Of a DNA stretch of 64,000 bases, positions 39,145 through 49,291 are shown piece by piece (within the stretch, counting starts at the first letter, position 1; every line of letters starts with the position of its first letter). The stretch lies in assembly GCA_040219255.1 (NCBI GenBank), contig JAVJSW010000042.1, positions 32,001 through 96,000 on the forward strand, written 5' to 3'. The stretch comes from Sumerlaeia bacterium. GTDB taxonomy: Bacteria; Sumerlaeota; Sumerlaeia; SLMS01; JAHLLQ01. Below the pieces are notes generated by a model. The model was not told the origin of the DNA. It saw only the letters and a program-made list of their open reading frames with translations, and searched no databases. A program made the translations under genes and the position numbers.

Positions 39145-42100
39145 ATGCCCCCGCTCATTTCCCCTCCGAATTCGCCCCTCGATCGACTCCCTCCGGTGGT
39201 CCATACCCGATGGTTCCGTATTGCCCTGCTGAACCTGATCGACGCCGCGCTGCTCGCCTTCTGCTGGATTCTCGCCTACGCGTTGCGCTTCGCCTTCGAC
39301 ATTCCGGCGGAGCCCTTGGGCCAGGGCGACTACCTCCTGCAAATGAAACTCGCTTTGCCGGCGGTTCTGATCCTGCACCTGGCGGCCTTCTGGGCCTTCG
39401 GCGTCTATCGCGGCATGATGCGATACGCCAGCCTGCAGGAAGCGGCCCGCATCGCCGCCGCCTGCGCCGCCGTCTGGCTTGCGCTGGTCGCTTTCAGCAC
39501 TTTCCTGCCCGGATTCAGCCGCCTCGGCGATCTGCCCCTCCATCCCAACGGCGATGAAGAAGTCCTCGGCATTCCCCGCAGTGCCATCACGATCTATTTC
39601 TTCGTCTCGGTGCTCTTCATCGGTGGCCTGCGATTCTCGCGCCGCCTGTTCCTCGAGGGCCGCGCCCGCTTCGAGGACAGCGCCCTTCCCACCCTGGTGG
39701 TGGGTGCCGGCGATTTGGCGGAAAACGCGCTGAGAGACGTGCTCCGTGCCGAGACCTCGTCCTTCCGCCCCGTCTGTGCCGTCGCCACCCAGAAGGGCCG
39801 CGTCGGCGCCCGTCTCCAGGGCGTCCTGGTGGAAGGCACGATCGACGATGTGGAGCGCCTGATTGGCGAGAAAAAGGTCGAAAGCGTCCTGATCGCCCTC
39901 GACGAAGACGACCCGGCGGTGCTGCGCAAAGTCGTCCGTCAGTGTCAGAACGCCAAGGTGACTTTCCGCATCATCCCCTCGATGCGCGACATCGCCGCCG
40001 GCCGCGTCCAGGTCAGCCCGCTGCGCGAAGTCCGCATCGAAGACCTGCTGGGCCGCGAGCCTGTCAATCTGGCGCTGCCGGAAGAGCGCAACGTCCTGCG
40101 CGGCGAGGTGGTCCTGATCACCGGCGCCGGTGGCTCCATCGGCAGCGAACTCTGCCGCCAGGTGGCCCGCGCCAGACCCGAGGGCATGGTGCTGGTCGGA
40201 AAAGGCGAAAACTCGATCTACGAGATCGCCCTCGAACTCTCGCGCAAGCATCCCGGCCTGCCCATCGAACCCGTCGTCGCCGACGTTCGCGACGCCCGCC
40301 GCATGGCGCAAATCTTCGAAGCCACCGCCCCCACCGTCGTCTTCCACGCCGCCGCCCACAAGCATGTCCCTCTGATGGAGGGCCAACCCACCGAGGCCGT
40401 GAAGAACAACGTCGTGGGCACCAGCGTGATGGCCTTCCTCGCCAAAGAGTACGCCGTGAAGCGGTTCCTGCTCATCAGCACGGACAAAGCCGTGCGCCCC
40501 GCCAGCATCATGGGAGCCACCAAACGCGTCGCCGAAATGATCGTCTTCAGCCTCGCCCGCCAGGCCCAGGCCGAGGGTCTCCCGACACGCTATCACGCGG
40601 TGCGCTTCGGCAACGTGCTGGGCAGCCGCGGGTCCGTCATTCCCCTCTTCAAGCGCCAGATCGCCGAGGGCGGCCCCGTTACCGTCACGCACCCGGACGT
40701 CGTCCGCTACTTCATGACGATCCCGGAAGCGGTCAGCCTCGTCCTCCAGGCCAATTCGCGCGACGAAAGCGGCGTTCTGTTCCTCCTCGACATGGGCGAA
40801 CCGGTCCGCATTTCCGACCTCGCGGCGACGCTGATCACCCTGTCTGGTCTGCGCGAGGGTCAGGACATCGAAATCGCCTACACGGGCCTGCGCCCGGGCG
40901 AGAAGCTCGAGGAAGAACTCCTCACCGAAACGGAAGACGCGGAAGCCACCGAGATCACCAAAGTCTGGCTCGCCCGGCCCAAGTCCATCCCTGAGTGGGA
41001 GGACGCCAAAGAGCTGCTGGCGCGCCTGCAAAACGCCGCCGACCGCGGCAGCGCCGCCGAAATCCTCGCCATTCTCAACGAAGTCGTCCCCGATTTCGCC
41101 GCCAACCCGGACTTCGACGTGGACGCCGAAGAGCGAATCGCCGAATCCGCCAGCGCCAAATCCCGCGCCATCCAGGACCTCCTCTACCCCGCTGCGCTGA
41201 CTGTCGAGCTTCCGGAAGAGACCGGCGCGAAGGAATCGGTCGCTGAAACGGAGGATGCGCCCCAATCCGTCCAGGCCGCTGCGGCCGCCAGGTCCATCGA
41301 CGCGCCGTTGGAACTCAAGAGCGGCGAGATCGACGTCACCGCCCTTCGCGACGAAGATCAGTCAGCGGTCAGCAGCGACCGTGTCGCCCGCCTCGACGAC
41401 CTGGAGCGCGGCCAGTTCGACGCGCCCGATTTTCCCGACGACGAGCCCGTTCACCCCGAAAGCCTGGAAGAACCCACGCCTCAACCCGGCGACCGCGAAC
41501 TGCTCGCCGAGAACGAAACCATCGACGAAATCGAAGAGTACGCCCCCCCGGCCCTCGGCCAGGACACGGAAAGCAGTTCGCGGGTGCCGCAAGATTTGCT
41601 GACCGACCTGAGCGAGGAAGACGGCCCGGGCTTCGAAACGCGCGAATTCTCCCGCTTCGATCTGCACCGCCTTGAGGACCGACCCGCTTCCGGCCCGCCA
41701 GCGGAGGAGGTCGCCGAGGCCCTCGCGAAAGCCCAGCCTCTCGATCTCTCGCAGGCTCCGCCCCCTCCCGCCCCCGAGGAGCCCGCCGCCGGCGTACCGG
41801 CCCCGGCGGCGATCGAGCCGCCTCTGCCCCCCATGGAACCCACAATGGCGGACTTTGCCGCCGAAGACCAAACCACCAAACCCCCTCAACAGGATATTGA
41901 AATGACGGAATCCACCCCCATTCATCGCCCGCCGTGCGCCATCTTCGCCCGCGTGGATTTGGACCCGACGGCTTCGTTGGAGGACTTTCTCGCCAGTCTG
42001 ACCGGCCTCCTCGGTCCCGACGACCGGGTGCTCATTCCCCATGGACAGGCCACCGCCCACGCCGCCGCTCTCGGCGACCGCCTCGTGAATCTGCCGGAAG

Positions 42101-43434
42101 GCACCCCCGTCTACGGACCCATGGCACTGAACGCCGCGCTGGCCGAATGCCCGCTGGGGGCCTACCTGGTGGTGGCGCCCACCAGCGTCCGCCTCGCACC
42201 CGCCTTCTTCACCGGCCTCGCCACACTCGCCGCCGACGAGCCGGACTGCCCCGTCATCTACGCCGACTACGTCGTCCGCGATGCCAACGGCACGGAAACC
42301 GTAATGGAGCTGCAAGACCACCAGGGCTGCCCCCACGAGCGCTTCGAGTTCGGCCCCGTCATCGTCTACAAGAGTGCCGCCCTTCAGGGGCACGACGGAT
42401 TCGATGAAACCCTGAAGTACGCCTGGGAATACGACACGCACCTGAAGCTGATGCAGGAGGGCGAGTTCCGCCGTATCCCCCAAACCGCCTACACCCAGCA
42501 AATCCCCGCCGCCAAAGAAGGCGACGGGCGTCTTCACTCGCCGGGCCAAGGCCCCCTCGGCCACTTCTCCTACGTTTTCTATCCCGACGACGTGGAACGG
42601 GAAGTGACCACGGTCTTCGAGCGCGCCCTGAAAGAAATCGGCGCCTGGCTCGACATGCCGACCCACGAAGTGCCCGCCCCCGAGCAGACCCCGGAAGTCA
42701 CCGCCTCCGTCGTCATGCCCATCCTCAACCGCGAGAAATACGTCGGCGACGCCATTCAGACCGTGCTCGACGGCACCTACCAGGACTTCGAAATCCTGGT
42801 CGTGGATAACGGTTCGACGGACAATACCCGCGATGTGGTGCGCGAGTTCGAAAAGAAGGACAGCCGCGTCAAATTGCTCGAACGCAACGGCAAATCTATC
42901 GCATCGGCGCTCAACGAAGGCATCAAAGCCGCCCGCGGCAAGTACATCTGCCAGCTCGACAGCGATGACCTTTATGTCTCCGATACCCTGGCAACCATGG
43001 TGAATCACCTGGAAGCGCATCCCAAATGCGGCCTCGCCGTCAGCTGGTATCGCCTCACCGATCCGAACGGCACGATTTTGGAAGACATTCCGATCGTAAC
43101 CCACTCGGGTTACACGCGAAACCAACTCCTTCGCCGCGACGGTGTGGGCGCCATGCGCGTCTTCCCGCGCACTGTGCTGGTCGAAATGGGCTACTTCGAC
43201 GAAAAGGACTTCGGCAATTACGGCGAAGACTACGACATGGCCCTCAAGGTTTCCGAAAAGTACGACGTTGACCGCGTCAAGCACGTGGCCTACCTGGTGC
43301 GCCGGCACCCGGACAACAGCGACAACACCCGCGGCGCCCGTCTGAAATACAACAACAAGAACCGCGCGCGCCAACGCGCCCTGCATCGCCGCATGCAGTT
43401 GGTCGCCCAGGCCGCGCAGCCCCAGGAGGCATGA
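39145..43434 (+). CDS. Fusion protein: PglF/CapD-type membrane UDP-sugar 4,6-dehydratase + acidic linker + GT2 glycosyltransferase domains
   Basis: TM helices, VVGAG, IEDLLGRE, ITGAGGSIGSEL, FHAAAHKHVP, ISTDKAV, MGATKR, VRFGNVLGSRGSV and GLRPGEKL; after the linker SVVMP, VVDNGSTD, QLDSDD and GEDYD; no stop between the parts. Confidence 0.9.
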   Translation: MPPLISPPNSPLDRLPPVVHTRWFRIALLNLIDAALLAFCWILAYALRFAFDIPAEPLGQGDYLLQMKLALPAVLILHLAAFWAFGVYRGMMRYASLQEAARIAAACAAVWLALVAFSTFLPGFSRLGDLPLHPNGDEEVLGIPRSAITIYFFVSVLFIGGLRFSRRLFLEGRARFEDSALPTLVVGAGDLAENALRDVLRAETSSFRPVCAVATQKGRVGARLQGVLVEGTIDDVERLIGEKKVESVLIALDEDDPAVLRKVVRQCQNAKVTFRIIPSMRDIAAGRVQVSPLREVRIEDLLGREPVNLALPEERNVLRGEVVLITGAGGSIGSELCRQVARARPEGMVLVGKGENSIYEIALELSRKHPGLPIEPVVADVRDARRMAQIFEATAPTVVFHAAAHKHVPLMEGQPTEAVKNNVVGTSVMAFLAKEYAVKRFLLISTDKAVRPASIMGATKRVAEMIVFSLARQAQAEGLPTRYHAVRFGNVLGSRGSVIPLFKRQIAEGGPVTVTHPDVVRYFMTIPEAVSLVLQANSRDESGVLFLLDMGEPVRISDLAATLITLSGLREGQDIEIAYTGLRPGEKLEEELLTETEDAEATEITKVWLARPKSIPEWEDAKELLARLQNAADRGSAAEILAILNEVVPDFAANPDFDVDAEERIAESASAKSRAIQDLLYPAALTVELPEETGAKESVAETEDAPQSVQAAAAARSIDAPLELKSGEIDVTALRDEDQSAVSSDRVARLDDLERGQFDAPDFPDDEPVHPESLEEPTPQPGDRELLAENETIDEIEEYAPPALGQDTESSSRVPQDLLTDLSEEDGPGFETREFSRFDLHRLEDRPASGPPAEEVAEALAKAQPLDLSQAPPPPAPEEPAAGVPAPAAIEPPLPPMEPTMADFAAEDQTTKPPQQDIEMTESTPIHRPPCAIFARVDLDPTASLEDFLASLTGLLGPDDRVLIPHGQATAHAAALGDRLVNLPEGTPVYGPMALNAALAECPLGAYLVVAPTSVRLAPAFFTGLATLAADEPDCPVIYADYVVRDANGTETVMELQDHQGCPHERFEFGPVIVYKSAALQGHDGFDETLKYAWEYDTHLKLMQEGEFRRIPQTAYTQQIPAAKEGDGRLHSPGQGPLGHFSYVFYPDDVEREVTTVFERALKEIGAWLDMPTHEVPAPEQTPEVTASVVMPILNREKYVGDAIQTVLDGTYQDFEILVVDNGSTDNTRDVVREFEKKDSRVKLLERNGKSIASALNEGIKAARGKYICQLDSDDLYVSDTLATMVNHLEAHPKCGLAVSWYRLTDPNGTILEDIPIVTHSGYTRNQLLRRDGVGAMRVFPRTVLVEMGYFDEKDFGNYGEDYDMALKVSEKYDVDRVKHVAYLVRRHPDNSDNTRGARLKYNNKNRARQRALHRRMQLVAQAAQPQEA

Positions 43435-44741
43435 TGAAACGACAACGGGTTGGGCTTGGTATGATCGTGGCGGTGCTGGCTCTCATGGCTGGCGCCTGCG
43501 ACAAAGGGGAGGACAGCTTGGCCGATGTGCCCACCATGGAGGTGCAACCCGCCCCGTTTCAAGTCGCCGTCGAAGAAATGGGCGTCATCGAAGCCACCCG
43601 CGTGGTTCCCGTTCTGGCGCCCTTTCGCTCCAAAATCCTCCGCCTCTCCCCCACCGGCCAGATGGTCGAACAGGGCGAAGCGGTTGGCCAACTCTCCAGC
43701 GAGCAGGAAGTCGAAAACCTCCAGGACCGCCTCAACGATCTCAAGACCATCGCCACCGATCTTGGCGGCACGTTCGAGAGCCTGAAAATTTCCCTTCGCT
43801 CCTCGACCCTCGATCTCGATTCCCAGGAAGCGCAGCTCGCTTTCGAGAGAGCTATGTTCCTCGACGCGGCCCAGGAATGGGCCCGCACCGACGTGCTCCG
43901 CGAGCAGGGCATTTCGCCCGACGAGGACCTGCGCAACGCGGAATCGCGCGTGATCCGCCGGCGCCTCGACACCATGAATCAGGACCTGTCCTTCCAAAGC
44001 GAAATCCTTGGCAAGGACGTGGAGCAGAAGGGCAACCTGCTGAGCATCGAACGGCAGACGCTAAAGGCGGCCCGCGCCCGCGCTGAAATCGACAAAGCCC
44101 AGCGCGAGGTGGACGAAGCGACCCTGATCGCCCCCGCCACCGGAGTCTTCATGCGCAAGCGCCGCTGGGATTGGCGCCGCCGCATGAACGTGGAACCCAA
44201 CCCCGGCGAGGAAGTGCGCCGGGGACAGATGCTCGGCGAAATCCCCGACATGAGCACCCTGATCGTCAAGACCCAGGTCAGCGAACGCGATTGGCTCAAG
44301 GTTCGGGAAGGCATGGAAGCCCGCCTTCGTTTCGACGCCCTGAAGGGCAAAGAAATCGCCGGCACCGTGAGACAGGTCGGCCGGGTGGCCATCCCTCGCG
44401 AGCAAAGCGCCGGCGGCTCGCTCGAGGAAACGGACTCTGACTCGGGCCAAAAGGTCTTCGATCTGATCGTGGAATTCGATGGCACCAACGTGGATGGTCT
44501 GCGGCCAGGCCTCACCGCGCAGGTCCGCATCGTGACCTCGGAAACGCCGGGCCAGATCGCCGTCCCCCTCAGCGCCGTCGAGATGACCGACGACGGACCG
44601 GTCGTCTCCGTCAAGACCCTGCTGGGCCGCCTCGAACAACGCCCCGTCGAACTCGGCCCGAAAAACGCAACGTCGGTCGTCGTGACCTCTGGGTTGACCC
44701 CCGGAGACCGGGTGGTGACAGATCGCCAAGCGTTGAAATAA
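43431..44741 (+). CDS. Efflux RND/ABC periplasmic adaptor (MacA/HlyD-like) lipoprotein
   Basis: Lipobox AGAC, alpha-hairpin, LIAPATG, GEEV..GQ.L..IPD, LRPGLTAQV and GLTPGDRVV; ATGA overlap with the upstream gene. Confidence 0.9.
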   Translation: MMKRQRVGLGMIVAVLALMAGACDKGEDSLADVPTMEVQPAPFQVAVEEMGVIEATRVVPVLAPFRSKILRLSPTGQMVEQGEAVGQLSSEQEVENLQDRLNDLKTIATDLGGTFESLKISLRSSTLDLDSQEAQLAFERAMFLDAAQEWARTDVLREQGISPDEDLRNAESRVIRRRLDTMNQDLSFQSEILGKDVEQKGNLLSIERQTLKAARARAEIDKAQREVDEATLIAPATGVFMRKRRWDWRRRMNVEPNPGEEVRRGQMLGEIPDMSTLIVKTQVSERDWLKVREGMEARLRFDALKGKEIAGTVRQVGRVAIPREQSAGGSLEETDSDSGQKVFDLIVEFDGTNVDGLRPGLTAQVRIVTSETPGQIAVPLSAVEMTDDGPVVSVKTLLGRLEQRPVELGPKNATSVVVTSGLTPGDRVVTDRQALK

Positions 44742-44835
44742 CGCGATTTCGCGCCGGGCCTAGCGCCTCTGCGCGAGCGAGTCTCAGCGACCCACGATCC
44801 CCCAACCGCGTCCAAAAAGGACACAACTGCGAGGC

Positions 44836-45528
44836 ATGACCAGACCAATGGCCGACGGAAACACGCCCTCTTCCCTCAACCCCAAATCCCCGATTTTCCC
44901 CACCGCCGGGCCGGCCGGCAGGCCCCTGGCGGGCCTGCGCCGCCGCAAACAGTACCGCCTGCGCCGCCGCAACTACTTCGGCGCCGGGGAACTGATGCCC
45001 GATCCCGTGCCGGCTGACGAAAGCGGCACCCGCCAGGAGGTCGAGCGGCTGAGTCGCGAGGTGGCGGACCTGCGTGAAGCCCTCCGCACCTCGGAGGAAG
45101 CCTCCCTGCGAGCCCGCGCCGACCTGGAAAACCAGCGCCGCCGCCACATGAAGGAGAAAGACGACCTGCGCAAGACCGCCACCGAGGGCCTGATGAGCGA
45201 CCTGCTCCAGCCCATGGACCACTTCGGTCTCGCCATGATGTCGCTGACTTCCGCAACGGACGTGGACTCGATCAAGCAAGGCGTGGAAATGATCCACCGC
45301 GAGTTGATCGGCGTCCTCGAAGCGAACGGCCTGAAGGAAGTGAAGCCCAACGGCCAGCCCTTCGACCCGAACCTGCACGAAGCCGCCGCTCTCGAGTCCG
45401 ACCCCGCCCAACCGGACGGCATCGTGCTCGCCACGCTGCGTTCCGGATGGGTGCTCCGGGGCAAGGTCCTGCGCCCCGCCATGGTGAAGGTCAACAAGGC
45501 GGAAGCGGCTTCGAAATCCGAAGGATGA
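44836..45528 (+). CDS. grpE: Nucleotide exchange factor GrpE
   Basis: RARADLENQRRR, LLQPMDHF, FDPNLHEA and GWVLRGKVLRPAMVKV; start may be later (ATG 44995). Confidence 0.93.
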   Translation: MTRPMADGNTPSSLNPKSPIFPTAGPAGRPLAGLRRRKQYRLRRRNYFGAGELMPDPVPADESGTRQEVERLSREVADLREALRTSEEASLRARADLENQRRRHMKEKDDLRKTATEGLMSDLLQPMDHFGLAMMSLTSATDVDSIKQGVEMIHRELIGVLEANGLKEVKPNGQPFDPNLHEAAALESDPAQPDGIVLATLRSGWVLRGKVLRPAMVKVNKAEAASKSEG

Positions 45529-46499
45529 AACGTGCTCAAGTCGCCCATTCAAACCCTCTCGAAATGGTTCCAAGGTTCCGATTCGTCGTCCTCCTAACCG
45601 CCATCGCCGCCCTCGCGGCGAATGTGGCGAACGCGGCGGAAACGTATCGGTGGCCGGAGCTTCAGTGGTTTGGATTGGACAAGGATCTCCCAACGAGCGT
45701 GGCCCTGAGCCAGCGCCTGGAACGCGGTGAGGCGATTCAGGTCCTGGCCATGCCCGGCCCACGCCAGTTGCTCGATCCGGACAGCGTTCGCGCGTCCTGG
45801 GCGGGAAAGCCCCTCACGTGCTATCTTTACTATACAACTCCGGAATTGGGCCTGATTCTGGTCGAATCGCCCGTCACCACGGGAACTCACACGTTGCGCG
45901 TGCACGCGGGTCTGGTCGACAGCGATCGGGGCGCGATGCTGACCAGTGAAGCGGAATTGACGACGCGAACAGCGACCCGGGCGAACGGGACGGTGCTCAA
46001 AGCCAAGCTGCCCGGGGGCGCACCGGCGCCGTACCCACGGATCTTTGGTCAGCAACGGCGCGATCTCTTTGGGGTGGGCGATGAGAGGGGCCAGGTGCTT
46101 CTTGATGCGCCCACACGCACCACACCCAATCCACACCACATCTGGGCCGAGGGGGCATGGGCGCTGCCTTTCGATCCCCGCACCTCCACGGTGCTTGAAC
46201 TGGAGCCACTTCCCTCCTTACGTCATCCCTACCTGTATCAGACTGTCACGATTCGAAGCAACGAGGGCGAGCCAGTGCCTATAGCGCTGATCTGGCAGAA
46301 TCGCACACTTTGGACCGTCTATCGTGGGGAGGAATCCGATGAGTCGAAACAGGCGGCGCCCAATTCGGTGCTCCTTCCTGACACACAACCAGGGTCCCTG
46401 GTGGTCCTTGCTCCGGGATTCAAGCCTGAAGAAGTGCAAGTTCCCCCCTCGCTTCACGAAATTGAAGTGACCCTCCAGCGACGAGAGTCGCTCCCTTAG
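45525..46499 (+). CDS. Secreted hypothetical protein
   Basis: ATGA overlap with the grpE stop; signal peptide ending ANA-AE; C-terminal LAPGFKPEEV resembles a carboxypeptidase-regulatory-like beta domain. Confidence 0.6.
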   Translation: MKRAQVAHSNPLEMVPRFRFVVLLTAIAALAANVANAAETYRWPELQWFGLDKDLPTSVALSQRLERGEAIQVLAMPGPRQLLDPDSVRASWAGKPLTCYLYYTTPELGLILVESPVTTGTHTLRVHAGLVDSDRGAMLTSEAELTTRTATRANGTVLKAKLPGGAPAPYPRIFGQQRRDLFGVGDERGQVLLDAPTRTTPNPHHIWAEGAWALPFDPRTSTVLELEPLPSLRHPYLYQTVTIRSNEGEPVPIALIWQNRTLWTVYRGEESDESKQAAPNSVLLPDTQPGSLVVLAPGFKPEEVQVPPSLHEIEVTLQRRESLP

Positions 46500-46753
46500 C
46501 CCTTGCGGTGCAGCGCCTTCGCCCGCTCCAGCACTTCGTCGGCGTCCCGCATGCGGGATTCGGCGAAGGCGATCCCGGCCTTCAGCAGTTCCTTGCGGCT
46601 TGCCACCAGGTGCTCCGTCACGCCGACCGGCATGCGCTTGAGGACGCGGTCCCGCAGGCGGCTGGTGAAATTCGTGACGCAGCAATCGTCCTGGTCCTCA
46701 TAGTACGTCTGGAACGGCTGATCTTGCGCGGCGGTGGGAGTTTCGGTGCTCAT
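46496..46753 (-). CDS. Small hypothetical helical protein (85 aa) with a CC motif
   Basis: ATG 46753 preceded by AAGGA; GC3-rich codons; fills the gap between two genes. Confidence 0.6.
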   Translation of the reverse strand: MSTETPTAAQDQPFQTYYEDQDDCCVTNFTSRLRDRVLKRMPVGVTEHLVASRKELLKAGIAFAESRMRDADEVLERAKALHRKG

Positions 46754-46930
46754 GGGGTGGGTCCTTCGAAGGAAATGGCCACCGAGGGGCGGCTCGCCGG
46801 CAATGATAGCACCCCCGATGCCAAAGTGGCGTCGCCGCAAATTCATTGACCGAGCCCCCGGCAAGTCGCGAGGTTTGCCGCGCCCAACACGGTTTTTCCG
46901 AGCAAAGGTTCCTTTCGCCTCCCCCCCACC

Positions 46931-47635
46931 ATGGACGTTCCCGACTTCGGTCTCCTCCTTCTCCTCTTTCCGATTTTCCTGTTTGCCCTGACGATCCACG
47001 AGATCGCCCATGCCCTGACCGCCAATTGGGGAGGCGACCTGACAGCGACCTATCAGAACCGTTTGTCGCTCAATCCCATCGTCCACATCGACCCCATCGG
47101 TACGATCCTGATTCCAATTTTCGCCTCCATCTCGGGCGTTCCGATGTTCGGGTGGGCGCGGCCTGTGCCGGTGGACGAGGAACGATTCAAGGACAAAGCC
47201 TGGAACGTGGTGGTCTCCATGGCGGGGCCCTTCTCGAACATCCTGCTGGTCGTCTTCGGCGCCCTTTTCGCCGAGTTCGTTTACCGCATCATCGCCGTGG
47301 GCGTTTTCCAGGGATGGTGGGATTTCCCCTACGAATTCCTGCGCGTTTTCACGGCGTTCGTGGGCTACTACATTCTGATCAACTGGGTGTTGGCTTTTTT
47401 CAACATGCTGCCGGTGCCGCCGCTCGATGGCTCCCACGTCCTCTACCACTTCGCCATTCGCGGCCGCGCTCACCTCTACCCGATGTGGGACACCTATCGG
47501 CGGTTTGGAATTCTGGTGCTCTGGATTTTCTTCCTCAGCGGCCTGGGGGAGTACCTTATGCTTCCGCCGTACCTGCTGTTCGAGTGGACCTTTGACCGCC
47601 TGACCCTATCCCAACCCTTCGCCATCGCCTTTTAA
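46931..47635 (+). CDS. Site-2 protease, peptidase M50 (YwhC-like)
   Basis: HEIAH, NPIVHIDPIG, FGWARPVPV, AGPFSN and FNMLPVPPLDG. Confidence 0.95.
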   Translation: MDVPDFGLLLLLFPIFLFALTIHEIAHALTANWGGDLTATYQNRLSLNPIVHIDPIGTILIPIFASISGVPMFGWARPVPVDEERFKDKAWNVVVSMAGPFSNILLVVFGALFAEFVYRIIAVGVFQGWWDFPYEFLRVFTAFVGYYILINWVLAFFNMLPVPPLDGSHVLYHFAIRGRAHLYPMWDTYRRFGILVLWIFFLSGLGEYLMLPPYLLFEWTFDRLTLSQPFAIAF

Positions 47636-47647
47636 GCCGTACACGCC

Positions 47648-48739
47648 ATGCTAGCCGTCGTCATCGTCACCGTCGTATCCGCCATCATCAGTTTCCTGTG
47701 CAGCCTGATGGAAGCGGCCCTTTACAGCATCCCGCCGAGCCGGATCGAGGAGATGCGCAGCCAAGGCCGCGCCGCTGGAATCCGCCTGAGCAAACTGCGC
47801 GAGAACGTGGATGAGCCCATCTCCGCCATCCTGACCCTCAACACCGTGGCGAACTCGCTTGGGGCGACGCTGGCGGGGTCCCTCGTCGGCAAGATCTACG
47901 GCAATCTCTCCGCGGGCCTCTACGGAGTGCTCTTCACTCTCATCGTCCTGTTCTTCAGCGAAATCATTCCCAAGACCCTCGGCGTGACCTACTCGCAGCA
48001 GGTCGCCCCCATGATGTCCGGTCCGCTGGTTTTTCTGATCCGCGCGCTGTACCCGTTCGTCTGGCTCTGCCGGTTTGTGACGAAGTCGATCCGCAAACGC
48101 GCCGCCGCCGGGGGGGATGCGCCGAGCGAGCGGGAAATCCAGGCCCTCGCCGAGATGGGGGCCAAGGCTGGAACGATCTACGAAGACGAAGCCCGCTGGG
48201 CCACCAACGCCTTACGCCTGGATCAGATCACCGCCCGCGATATCATGACGCCGCGGACCGTGGTGTATATGCTGCCGGCCGATCTGCCGCTGAACCAGGT
48301 GGGCGCCCACAGCGAACACTGGACCTTCAGCCGCCTCCCCTTGGTCAAGGACGACAACCCGGACAACGTGGTGGGCATCGTGCACCGGCGCGATGTCTTC
48401 GACAAACTGGCTCTGGCGCCCAAGAAGAGTCTGGAGACGACAACGCTGAACGACCTCGCGCAGCCGGCCCGCTTCGTTCCCGATTCGATCCGGGGCCACG
48501 AACTTCTGCGCAACTTCCTCAAGGAGCGCCAGCACCTGCTGATCGTTTCGAACGAATACGGCGGCATGGAGGGCGTTGTGAGCCTGGAGGACGTGCTGGA
48601 ATTCATCCTGGGCGAGGAAATCGTCGACGCGCACGATCAGTATGAGGACATGCAGGAGTTGGCACGGGCGCAGGCGCGGCAGCGGCTGCGCGCGGTGCGC
48701 GAAAAAGCGCACAGTCCGCAGTCCAAGAAAGAGGCGTAA
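47648..48739 (+). CDS. CNNM/DUF21 + CBS domain protein (hemolysin/CorB-like)
   Basis: SFLCSLMEAAL, ILTLNT, SEIIPK, DIMTPR, FSRLP and NEYGG..GVVSLEDVLE.ILG.EI.D. Confidence 0.93.
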   Translation: MLAVVIVTVVSAIISFLCSLMEAALYSIPPSRIEEMRSQGRAAGIRLSKLRENVDEPISAILTLNTVANSLGATLAGSLVGKIYGNLSAGLYGVLFTLIVLFFSEIIPKTLGVTYSQQVAPMMSGPLVFLIRALYPFVWLCRFVTKSIRKRAAAGGDAPSEREIQALAEMGAKAGTIYEDEARWATNALRLDQITARDIMTPRTVVYMLPADLPLNQVGAHSEHWTFSRLPLVKDDNPDNVVGIVHRRDVFDKLALAPKKSLETTTLNDLAQPARFVPDSIRGHELLRNFLKERQHLLIVSNEYGGMEGVVSLEDVLEFILGEEIVDAHDQYEDMQELARAQARQRLRAVREKAHSPQSKKEA

Positions 48740-48954
48740 TGCGCCGTTTGCAGGGCCTCGCCTCGGGAATTTCCCCATGTTCACGAAGGTTTTCCGAAGA
48801 GTGGCCAGAAAAGCCCCATTTTTCAACGTTTTCCCGAACTTTTAGCTTTACGACGGACCGCCCGCCGCTCAATCACCCCTCGTAGCCAAAACAGCGGGCC
48901 ATTCGATCCGGCCCCAGTGACCAACCCACTTTTTTCGCAAAGGGCTCTTCTCCC

Positions 48955-49233
48955 ATGACCAAAGCCGAACTCATTGAGAACGTTCACTCCAGCCTGGAAG
49001 CCCAGGTCAGCAAGACCGCCGTCGGTGAAGTTTACGACAAAATTTTCGAAACCATCACGGAGGCCCTCCTGAAGGAGAGCCGTTTCGCCGTCCATGGCTT
49101 CGGCACCTTCGAGGTCCGCGAGCGCAAAGAGCGTCAGGGCCGTAACCCCAAGACCAAAGAAGCCATCACGATCCCCGCTCAGAAGAGCGTCGGGTTCAAG
49201 CCGGCTTCTTCTCTCAAGACCCGCGTGAACTAA
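48955..49233 (+). CDS. hup: Histone-like DNA-binding protein HU
   Basis: MTKAELI, GFGTFEVRERKERQGRNPKT and FKPASSLK. Confidence 0.96.
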   Translation: MTKAELIENVHSSLEAQVSKTAVGEVYDKIFETITEALLKESRFAVHGFGTFEVRERKERQGRNPKTKEAITIPAQKSVGFKPASSLKTRVN

Positions 49234-49291
49234 TCTCTCACCGCTTTTCTTCTCACCTTTCCCCTTCTCCTTCCCCTCAGCCTCGGGGCCC

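Noticed and set aside
44761-44787. CIRCE-like TAGCGCCTC-N9-GAGTCTCAG upstream of grpE
   Set aside because: Spacing fits, but there are too many mismatches to TTAGCACTC-N9-GAGTGCTAA to call
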